Positions 57,196 to 64,000 of a DNA stretch of 64,000 nt are shown here, in pieces; the stretch's first letter is position 1, and every line of letters begins with the position of its first letter. The notes below the pieces were generated by a model. It ran no database searches. It was given only the letters and a program-made list of their open reading frames with translations, and was not told the DNA's origin. This DNA is from a virus. Its lineage: Duplodnaviria > Heunggongvirae > Uroviricota > Caudoviricetes. The stretch covers positions 37,573-101,572 of the IMG/VR virus record IMGVR_UViG_3300017707_001811. One strand, written 5' to 3'. The position numbers and the translations under genes are program-made.

Positions 57196-58713
57196 TTAAG
57201 CTAATAAAACTTTATATGAATTACCATTAATTATAATTTCCCAAGTTCTATAAGATTTACAAGATTCATAAGTTATTGTTCCTGCGGGAAATGACGAGCT
57301 TCCAACCACTAATTGGTTATTTGCGGTTGCAAATGCGTTATGACCAATAATAATTGACGAGCGATAATTATAAGAGTTTGTATTACAACCTATAGCAATA
57401 TTGTTCGAACCTGTAGTATTATAATATAATGATTTATAACCTATTGAAATATTATTGGCTCCTGATGTATTATAATATAATGACTTATAACCAATCGAAA
57501 TTAGATAACTAGCTCTTGTACTATTTACGGTTGACCTAAATCCTACTGAAACATTTTTACTTCCATTATTATTTGAATACAATGAACTTCTACCTATTGC
57601 AATATTAAAACTTCCACAGTCATTTAAATACATTGAACCTCTACCCATTGCTATGTTATACGACCCTCTATTTCCATAACTAGTACTACCAGCCAAAGCT
57701 CTCCTACCAATTGCAATATTACCTGAACCATTCCTGTTACATAATAATGCGCATCTTCCTATTGAAATATTAAAATCGTTATACTGACTTAAATTGTAGT
57801 ACATAGATGATTGACCTATTGCGATATTGAAGTCTGATTTATTTAAATTTAGTCTTAAAGAATCGTAACCTATTGCAATGTTTGAATCACCATCACAACT
57901 AGTTCTCATGGAGTTTGTACCTATTGATATATTTTTAGTACCATTGATATTAGAGCGTTGAGAATTAACACCTAATGATATGTTATTATCCGCTTTATTA
58001 TCAATTAGAGTACTAGCCCCTAACGAAATATTATTACTACCACTAGCTGAGTAATATTGAGAATCATTACCCAAAGAAATGTTATTAACTCCCCCACTTC
58101 TTCTTTTTTGACTATTCCTACCTATTGCGATATTATCACAAAAATTTGCAGAAATACAACAACCCTCTAAAGAAGAAGTTCCTATTCCTATATTATTAGA
58201 ACCAGTAGATAAATTTTTTAAAGTACTTTTACCTATAGAGACATTATTATCTAGTAAAGATACAGGTAATTTAAATGCAACATTACCTATCGAAATATTA
58301 CTAGAGTCATTTCCATTGCCCCTACCAATACAAACACTATTAACATCCAAAGTCGGAGACGACACTGTACCATCAAAAGTCAATAAAGATTCTGCAACTG
58401 TTCCACCAGACCCATTAGATGTTAATACCTGATTGTTTGAACCTGAAATACTAAACGAAGGTGTTCCACTAAAGGTAAGTTTATCACTTCCATCTATAAT
58501 AGTAATATTAACACCACTAAAACTTTTCAGAGCAATGTTTCCACCTGTAACACCAGATATATCTGAGACACCGTTACCAACAGTGTAAGCACTTGTTATG
58601 TAACTCGTAAGTGCGGAATATACCTCCCAATATATACCATTCCATTCCCACGTTTTATTATCGTAAGTATATTGTTGATTTGGTGACGGACTATTTGGAA
58701 AATTAATTGGCAT
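57196..58713 (-). CDS. Tail fibre / adhesin with YadA-head-like NxSIG/NxAIG repeats (paralog of 22965..26429)
   Basis: INFPNSP..Q.YTY..KTWEWNGIYW adaptor; shared GSNNQVLTSNGSGG.VAESLLTFDG block; beta-roll repeats. Minus-strand TATTTATA at 58724..58731. Confidence 0.75.
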   Translation of the reverse strand: MPINFPNSPSPNQQYTYDNKTWEWNGIYWEVYSALTSYITSAYTVGNGVSDISGVTGGNIALKSFSGVNITIIDGSDKLTFSGTPSFSISGSNNQVLTSNGSGGTVAESLLTFDGTVSSPTLDVNSVCIGRGNGNDSSNISIGNVAFKLPVSLLDNNVSIGKSTLKNLSTGSNNIGIGTSSLEGCCISANFCDNIAIGRNSQKRRSGGVNNISLGNDSQYYSASGSNNISLGASTLIDNKADNNISLGVNSQRSNINGTKNISIGTNSMRTSCDGDSNIAIGYDSLRLNLNKSDFNIAIGQSSMYYNLSQYNDFNISIGRCALLCNRNGSGNIAIGRRALAGSTSYGNRGSYNIAMGRGSMYLNDCGSFNIAIGRSSLYSNNNGSKNVSVGFRSTVNSTRASYLISIGYKSLYYNTSGANNISIGYKSLYYNTTGSNNIAIGCNTNSYNYRSSIIIGHNAFATANNQLVVGSSSFPAGTITYESCKSYRTWEIIINGNSYKVLLA

Positions 58714-58722
58714 ATCTTTTCG

Positions 58723-59937
58723 TTATAAATAATATAATATTTCAGCAGTTCCTAAGAAAGTTGCATTAGCACCCAATGGGGTAATACAAACCCACATTTC
58801 ATCTAAAGTACCATTCACATTAGAACCTACTCTTATTTGGTTATCATCCACTTTTATTGTTGTTAATGCTGATGTTCCAGCCTCCCCAATTAATGAAGAC
58901 ATAATGTGTCCACTACTTGTTATTGTGGTAGCCCCAACACCTAATGAATATTGGAATGGTGAGTTAGGAATATCAGTCCAAGTTGGTGTCGCTGACAAGG
59001 TTGGGTTAAACTCAATGGTCATTAAATAGTTATCATTTGATGTATTTAATAAACTTAAACTACTATATTGTGATGTAACAGATTTATAGGATTGTTTTAA
59101 TCTATACCCAATATATGGATATTTTGTACCTGAAGTCGATAAGGTTGCAGTTGATGAATGTATAACCCCAACGGTACTATATAAACCATTTAATGCACCT
59201 TCAGTAGAAACTTGACTACATATCATATCAAAACTACCCGAACCCGACCCAACTTGTCTTATCTCATATCTTATAGGTTGGTTTGGTGAACTCATATAAA
59301 CTAAACTTTCATTATTAGAACAATTATGTTCAGTAAAATAAAATGTTTGTCCAGATAAAGCAAGTCCAAATCTCAACCTACCAACTCCTAACCATTGGTA
59401 ATCAACAGTCATTAACTGAGTGTTTGACCATATAAGATTTGTTGGGTCAAATTCATTTGTTTCCCAAGTTGTTGTTGACGCACTAAATATTGTTGTACCT
59501 GACCTCCAAATTTGAAAACTTATCGTATTTGATGTTCCGTTACTTTCCAAGAAGAACCCGTCAAAAACTGAATTATAAGTTGATGCGGTTGTTGTAGTAA
59601 AACATCCCACTCTTTTTATTACATTTGTTTCTAACTGAAAATTTGAAAAACTTCCCTCAAATAACTGACTCTTACCAGGTTGGTATATTGGGTGTGTTTT
59701 TGTTTGTCTAATTACCAAATCATTATTTGAAGATGTTGACATTCTAACTCTCGCATACTCCTGATTAAAAACTGATGTCGCAGTTCCTGCGGTTACTTCA
59801 TTAACTTGTAATGGGTTTTTGTCGTAAACATGCTTAATGTCCAATAGATTTTGTACCGCAGCAGTCCTCAATCTACCAAAAGCGTCAAGATTTGGACTAT
59901 CAGAATATTTTACCGCATTATTATATATAAAACTCAT
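58723..59937 (-). CDS. Virion protein of the 'DAFGRLR' type
   Basis: NLDAFGRLR..., RQTK...YQPGKS and WLGVG motifs, which I recognise from phage structural proteins. Start moved to ATG 59937 (ATGA overlap). Confidence 0.6.
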   Translation of the reverse strand: MSFIYNNAVKYSDSPNLDAFGRLRTAAVQNLLDIKHVYDKNPLQVNEVTAGTATSVFNQEYARVRMSTSSNNDLVIRQTKTHPIYQPGKSQLFEGSFSNFQLETNVIKRVGCFTTTTASTYNSVFDGFFLESNGTSNTISFQIWRSGTTIFSASTTTWETNEFDPTNLIWSNTQLMTVDYQWLGVGRLRFGLALSGQTFYFTEHNCSNNESLVYMSSPNQPIRYEIRQVGSGSGSFDMICSQVSTEGALNGLYSTVGVIHSSTATLSTSGTKYPYIGYRLKQSYKSVTSQYSSLSLLNTSNDNYLMTIEFNPTLSATPTWTDIPNSPFQYSLGVGATTITSSGHIMSSLIGEAGTSALTTIKVDDNQIRVGSNVNGTLDEMWVCITPLGANATFLGTAEILYYL

Positions 59938-60626
59938 ATTAAATACCAATTTCCGCCCCTAACCATACAGGTTAAAGACATATAGTTTATGTTCATATCA
60001 ACGTAATTATTGTTGTCAATTGTTCCTGATGAAGGTGTTAATCTTATTCTATAAGTACCACAAATCCCTGCTTCATCTTTTATTATTAAATAATAACCCT
60101 CTTTACCTACTACCGATGGTAATACCAAATCAACATTACTATTACCACTTATACCCCAATATGTTTTATCCCAAGTTAAAGATTGTCCTGTAGTAATTCC
60201 TGTTGTTGTATAATATCCCGCATCAGGTGATAAAGGACCTGGTACCGAGAACGGCTGAACCCATTGTTGTGAATCACCATCATCAATCCAAACCAATTCA
60301 ACACCTGTATTTGTATTGAACCACCTATCCCCACTTATAATAATTCCTGTAGGTGTTGATGCAGATATATAATATTGTAGACCTCCACTCGAAGACCCTG
60401 AAACAGGACCCCAATAAGCATAACCTGTACCATCGGTTAATAAAGCATATCCATTTTGTTCAGTTCCATTAGAATAGGTAAAACCGCTATAAACTGTTAA
60501 ACCTGAAGAAAAAATTGGATTAACAGGAATTGAACCACCTATACGATAAACAACACCTGTTGAAAGGTCAGATTGAAGTACGTAATTATAACTATCCTTA
60601 ATTAATTGGTCTTTAATATCGGCCAT
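59934..60626 (-). CDS. Fibre-associated virion protein
   Basis: P....GDRWFNT.TG...W.DDGDSQQWV motif and C-terminal LP..GYYLIIKDEAG...ID......NY.SLT...GNW fibre repeat. Confidence 0.55.
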   Translation of the reverse strand: MADIKDQLIKDSYNYVLQSDLSTGVVYRIGGSIPVNPIFSSGLTVYSGFTYSNGTEQNGYALLTDGTGYAYWGPVSGSSSGGLQYYISASTPTGIIISGDRWFNTNTGVELVWIDDGDSQQWVQPFSVPGPLSPDAGYYTTTGITTGQSLTWDKTYWGISGNSNVDLVLPSVVGKEGYYLIIKDEAGICGTYRIRLTPSSGTIDNNNYVDMNINYMSLTCMVRGGNWYLI

Positions 60627-60650
60627 GCTTTAATTTTACAATTTTTTGGT

Positions 60651-60662
60651 TATTTATAAATA
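60651..60662. promoter_or_regulatory. Palindromic TATTTATAAATA, putative bidirectional late promoter
   Basis: Perfect 12-bp palindrome presenting TATTTATA on both strands between divergent genes (60626 minus, 60665 plus). Confidence 0.6.
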
Positions 60663-60664
60663 GT

Positions 60665-60994
60665 ATGGCTACCATTTGTTACGCTTGGGATGAGACACCC
60701 TTTGCATGGATTGATACCCCTTTCACTTGGGTGGAAGGATGCGTCATTGAAAAAATAGTCGGAGGAGGAGGGTCCATATCGTCCTATCAAATAAGAAAAA
60801 GACTAGATGCGTTACCTGAAGACGAAAAAGAAATTTTAATAAATTTGTTTGTTAGATTAAATGTTGATGAAATAGAATTTGAAAAACGTGTTAATAGAAC
60901 TAAAAATACAAAAGTTAAAATAAAATTAAAAGATGTTGAAATTTCTCTAAAAGAACAAAGAATGATTAATGTAAATGTGAAAATAATAGATTAA
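60665..60994 (+). CDS. Hypothetical protein with Trp-repeat N-terminus
   Basis: AWDETPFAWIDTPFTW repeat. Confidence 0.6.
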   Translation: MATICYAWDETPFAWIDTPFTWVEGCVIEKIVGGGGSISSYQIRKRLDALPEDEKEILINLFVRLNVDEIEFEKRVNRTKNTKVKIKLKDVEISLKEQRMINVNVKIID

Positions 60995-61013
60995 TAGATA
61001 TTTATAATTGATT

Positions 61014-61499
61014 ATGGGATATAAATTATACACTGATAAGTCAAATAAATTCAATTGTAATATTGAAGTTGAGGGTACTTCATTATCTAAATCACAAGTT
61101 AGATTAGTTATAGAATCTGAAGATTTAATTTATATGTTTAAAGGAAGTATTCAGAGTAATGGTGAATGTGAAGTTATTGTACCTAAAACAAAATCATTTT
61201 TAAATGAAGGTTCTAAGGGTAACATGAGATTAGAAGTTATTGCTGATGATGTTTATTTTGAACCTTGGTCTTCTGATTTCTCAGTGGTTACAAATAAGAA
61301 AGTAACAGTTCAAATTGCTGAACAAGAAGAAGAAAAACCTAGAATGAAAGTTCAGGTTGTCGAACAAAAAGAGGAACCAAAAAAAGAAACTATAAAAGAA
61401 TCGCCTAAACCTAAAGAAGAGGTTAAGAAGAGACGTATTATAGTTAATCAAAATGTGTTTACAAAAGATGAGATAATTAAAAAATTAATGGGAAAATAA
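61014..61499 (+). CDS. Hypothetical late protein (beta-sandwich N-terminus, charged tail)
   Basis: TATTTATA at 60999; ATG 61014. Confidence 0.6.
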   Translation: MGYKLYTDKSNKFNCNIEVEGTSLSKSQVRLVIESEDLIYMFKGSIQSNGECEVIVPKTKSFLNEGSKGNMRLEVIADDVYFEPWSSDFSVVTNKKVTVQIAEQEEEKPRMKVQVVEQKEEPKKETIKESPKPKEEVKKRRIIVNQNVFTKDEIIKKLMGK

Positions 61500-61640
61500 A
61501 CCAATAATTTTCATAATCACATCAATTATTCCGTACACACCAAAACCAAAAAATATTACAGAAACTATCACATAAGGTAGTACTGATTTTTTAGCGTTTT
61601 CACATTTACTACATTTCTTTTTTTCTTGTTTGTTTTCCAT
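61485..61640 (-). CDS. Small CxxC plus transmembrane protein, 51 aa (not in ORF track)
   Basis: MENKQEKKKCSKCENAKKSVLPYVIVSVIFFGFGVYGIIDVIMKIIGLFSH. Confidence 0.55.
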   Translation of the reverse strand: MENKQEKKKCSKCENAKKSVLPYVIVSVIFFGFGVYGIIDVIMKIIGLFSH

Positions 61641-61700
61641 ATAAAAAAATTACTAAATAAATTATTAGGTGTAAAGTTTAATAGAATAATATTTATAATT

Positions 61701-62102
61701 ATGAAATTAATATATTCTTTAAGTTCTTTAATAACTGAAAAAAAAATTGGTGAACTACAAGATACTGTATATATAAATTATGTATTACAACATACACCAA
61801 GTAGTAAACACGGAATTTTCAGAAAAAAAAGACACGAGAAAGAAGACGGAGGAGAAAGAATTACCGATTATCATATATTAGAGTTATGTAAAAAGGCAAA
61901 AACTAACATAACCCAATATATTGTTATGGGTGAAATAATTGACGGAGTTAGATTTATAGTATCATCTAAAGAATTTCCTTTTTTAAATATTGTAATTAAC
62001 CCACAAGAAAACTCACCATTTGATTGGACATTAACAGTTGTTACTGTAATGAACAAAGAAGATTTTAATATTGGTAGAAATCAATTACAAATTTTCATAT
62101 AA
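61701..62102 (+). CDS. Hypothetical protein with possible RelE/BECR-like RNase features and head-targeting leader
   Basis: TATTTATA at 61690; ATG 61701; leader ending LITE; KHG..RK.R and C-terminal VVTV. Confidence 0.45.
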   Translation: MKLIYSLSSLITEKKIGELQDTVYINYVLQHTPSSKHGIFRKKRHEKEDGGERITDYHILELCKKAKTNITQYIVMGEIIDGVRFIVSSKEFPFLNIVINPQENSPFDWTLTVVTVMNKEDFNIGRNQLQIFI

Positions 62103-62138
62103 AGAAAAACCCCCGATGTATTCTGACAACGAGGGTTT
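62101..62138 (-). terminator. Intrinsic terminator (probably bidirectional)
   Basis: Minus strand AAACCCUCG-U-UGU-cagaau-ACA-U-CGGGGGUUU followed by UUCUUU; on the plus strand followed by tctttttc. Confidence 0.75.
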
Positions 62139-62250
62139 AATCTTTTTCACTTAATTAAGTTGAGGCTTCCGCCCCTGAACATCATCGTGGTTCAGTTCCG
62201 CCGAGTTCTTGTAAGGGAATATCTCGGTTCAACCCTTCATATAATTTCGA
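62101..62250 (-). ncRNA. Candidate structured ncRNA (four-way junction, GNRA tetraloop)
   Basis: GC-rich non-coding island with four complementary helices, an upstream TAnnTTTG box and a downstream terminator; no known family recognised. Confidence 0.6.
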
Positions 62251-62253
62251 TTA

Positions 62254-62261
62254 CAAATATA
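62254..62261 (-). promoter_or_regulatory. Bacteroidota -7 promoter element TATATTTG
   Basis: Matches TAnnTTTG and points into the ncRNA candidate; no clean -33 TTTG seen. Confidence 0.45.
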
Positions 62262-62307
62262 TATCAAAATATTTAAATAAAAAAACTTTTTTTAAAAAAA
62301 AGTACAG

Positions 62308-62315
62308 TATCTTTG
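62308..62315 (+). promoter_or_regulatory. Bacteroidota -7 promoter element TATCTTTG
   Basis: Matches TAnnTTTG, 4 nt before ATG 62320; divergent from the 62254 box. Confidence 0.5.
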
Positions 62316-62319
62316 CTAA

Positions 62320-62457
62320 ATGAAACAGGAAACATTACCACTTAACATACGACATGTTGCTCAAATAGTAAGACGTAACATGATTACAAAAACAGTACCA
62401 TCAGGTAAAGTTTACTCACGTAAGAAATCTAAGAAGGTTGACATCTACCAAGATTAG
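62320..62457 (+). CDS. Small basic protein, 45 aa (not in ORF track)
   Basis: MKQETLPLNIRHVAQIVRRNMITKTVPSGKVYSRKKSKKVDIYQD, stop TAG. Confidence 0.6.
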   Translation: MKQETLPLNIRHVAQIVRRNMITKTVPSGKVYSRKKSKKVDIYQD

Positions 62458-62466
62458 GATTATTTT
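62438..62466 (+). promoter_or_regulatory. sigma70-type promoter candidate for dam
   Basis: TTGACA-17 nt-TATTTT upstream of ATG 62481. Confidence 0.5.
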
Positions 62467-62480
62467 TTTATAAAAAAAGT

Positions 62481-63320
62481 ATGCTCTCATATATAGGCGG
62501 TAAAAGTAAAATTGGTAAATGGATAGTACCGTATTACCCAAAAGACATGGAAACATATGTAGAGACATTCGGAGGAATGTTTTGGTGTTTCTTTAATATG
62601 GATTTAAAACAATATCCAAATCTTAAAAGAGTTGTTTATAACGACTTTAATCCTTTAAATTATAATTTATTTATGTGTCTTCAGAACCCTGGCGTTCTAC
62701 TGTCTGCGGTTAATAGAATTCCTTGCCAACAACAAGGAGTTGAGGAGACACCTCCAATCTACCGAGAACAGTTTAACACATTCCAAAAAGAAATATTTGG
62801 GGATGGGTTTACTATAAACTATCCTGATTATGATGTCGCCGCAAAATACGCATATGTCTTAACACAAGTATTCAGCGGGTCCAAACCTGAAACTAGTTCC
62901 TTTATTGATTTGAAGGGTAAGTATAAATCAAAATACCTTACATTTAGAGACAAATTATCTAAACCTGAATGGGTAGAACATTTTAACAGAATATCTCATT
63001 TTAGAATTGGGGATTTTGAAGATGTGATTAAAGAATTTGATAGCCCAACAACTTATTTTTATCTTGACCCACCGTATTGGAAAACTGAAAATTATTATTC
63101 TAATCACGATTTTGACAGAGATGACCACGAAAGACTTGCAAATTGTTTAAAAAATATTGAAGGAAAGTTTTCGTTATCTTATTATGATTTTGTACTTTTA
63201 CACGAGTGGTTTCCCGAAGATAAATATAGATGGGAGAAAAAAGAATTTGCTAAAGCCGCGGCAGCAAAAAAAGGTAAATCACAAAATATGGGAGAAGAAC
63301 TATTAATAATGAATTATTGA
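62481..63320 (+). CDS. dam: DNA adenine methyltransferase, Dam/D12 family
   Basis: YIGGKSK, YVETFGG, YND and YLDPPY motifs. Confidence 0.88.
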   Translation: MLSYIGGKSKIGKWIVPYYPKDMETYVETFGGMFWCFFNMDLKQYPNLKRVVYNDFNPLNYNLFMCLQNPGVLLSAVNRIPCQQQGVEETPPIYREQFNTFQKEIFGDGFTINYPDYDVAAKYAYVLTQVFSGSKPETSSFIDLKGKYKSKYLTFRDKLSKPEWVEHFNRISHFRIGDFEDVIKEFDSPTTYFYLDPPYWKTENYYSNHDFDRDDHERLANCLKNIEGKFSLSYYDFVLLHEWFPEDKYRWEKKEFAKAAAAKKGKSQNMGEELLIMNY

Positions 63321-63348
63321 TATATTTATATAAAAAAATATTTTTAAA

Positions 63349-64000
63349 ATGAAATTTACCACCTTATTAAAATCAGTAATTCTTGAGAATTCAAGATTTA
63401 AAATATTGTACGATAATTTAGTCCCTAAAAAAGAAGAAAAAGGTAAAAAATCTGACCCAAAGAAACTACCTTTTGATATTCTTAAAAAGATAATTGCTGC
63501 TGACCCAGATTCAAAATTTCCACAAGGATTTGATTTTGACACCGCAACTCCTGAAGATATGGAGAAAGGTAAAGTTGGTAAATATACTAATTGGTTAATT
63601 AAAAACTTTATGAAACCATCTGCAAGTTCTATAGATGCTGACCCTTCAGATGAGAGAGCTTATGGAATTGCGGTTAAAAACTATAAAGATTTATTTTTAG
63701 AAGACTTATATAAAACTACTAATGACCTTAAAAAGTTTGAGAGATTTAAAAACCAATTATCTGCGGATAAAAGAGATATTATGAAGTTATCACCAAGTGA
63801 ACTATTTGACTTGGTAAAAGACTTTTCATTGGAAAAAACTAAGGCTACAAAATCTGAAAAAGAGACTGCTAAAAAGACTTATGAACATCCAGGTGGTAAA
63901 GTTGCCTTTAGAGGCCCTAATTGGACTGTAATTAAAATTGAAGGTACTGGTGAACTACAAAAAGATGCTGCTTGTTTTTATGGAGGTTCTCATGAATATG
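63349..64000 (+). CDS. Large-phage protein, 3'-truncated by window edge (possibly PcfJ-like family); not in ORF track
   Basis: Open from ATG 63349 (MKFTTLLKSVILENSRF...GKYTNWL...EDLYK...WTVIKI...AACFYGG) to the window end; TATTTATA at 63323. Confidence 0.65.
   Translation, partial: MKFTTLLKSVILENSRFKILYDNLVPKKEEKGKKSDPKKLPFDILKKIIAADPDSKFPQGFDFDTATPEDMEKGKVGKYTNWLIKNFMKPSASSIDADPSDERAYGIAVKNYKDLFLEDLYKTTNDLKKFERFKNQLSADKRDIMKLSPSELFDLVKDFSLEKTKATKSEKETAKKTYEHPGGKVAFRGPNWTVIKIEGTGELQKDAACFYGGSHEY

Noticed and set aside
62151-62240. tRNA, or a TGA-readthrough peptide (MKG*TEIFPY...) in the GC-rich element
   Set aside because: Arm and loop sizes do not fit tRNA (17-nt and 9-nt loops, no TTC loop or CCA). 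TGA is a normal stop elsewhere, and base-pairing explains the sequence better than coding.
1-64000. Stop-codon reassignment, as in some large Bacteroidota phages
   Set aside because: Long genes are intact in code 11, and TAA, TGA and TAG all terminate plausible genes (e.g. TAG at 52368 and 62457); there is no fragmentation pattern.

Overview
Strongly AT-rich, densely coding segment (standard genetic code) of what looks like a large contractile-tailed (myovirus/jumbo-type) bacteriophage. The host is probably Bacteroidota: SprB-type repeats, a short Bacteroidota-type sigma-A homologue, an Hc1-like small protein, TAnnTTTG boxes and no Shine-Dalgarno motifs. Left to right: class Ia ribonucleotide reductase (nrdB end, nrdA); a flavodoxin-fold protein; a ~33 kb baseplate/tail/fibre module interrupted by a RuvC-like resolvase; replication/recombination genes (primase-like, ParB-like, PD-(D/E)xK exonuclease, SbcD/SbcC); a sigma factor; a probable lysis trio; acidic/basic modular head-type proteins; Hc1-like; DnaJ; a minus-strand operon joining fibre genes to a sulfotransferase, APS kinase, HxGH nucleotidyltransferase, DUF2061-like protein and GT9-like glycosyltransferase; a GC-rich structured non-coding element; a Dam-family methylase; and a truncated last gene. 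The best candidates for new biology are (1) a self-contained PAPS-synthesis/sulfation/glycosylation pathway that may decorate mucin-like, Ser/Thr-Gly-rich virion proteins, (2) a ~145-nt four-way-junction ncRNA with its own promoter and terminator next to a putative head-packaged RNase-like protein, and (3) a set of proteins with T4-like capsid-targeting propeptides. All family assignments are from motif recognition by eye, with no database searches. Several starts are adjusted from the ORF track, and several real-looking ORFs under 60 aa that the track omits are added.
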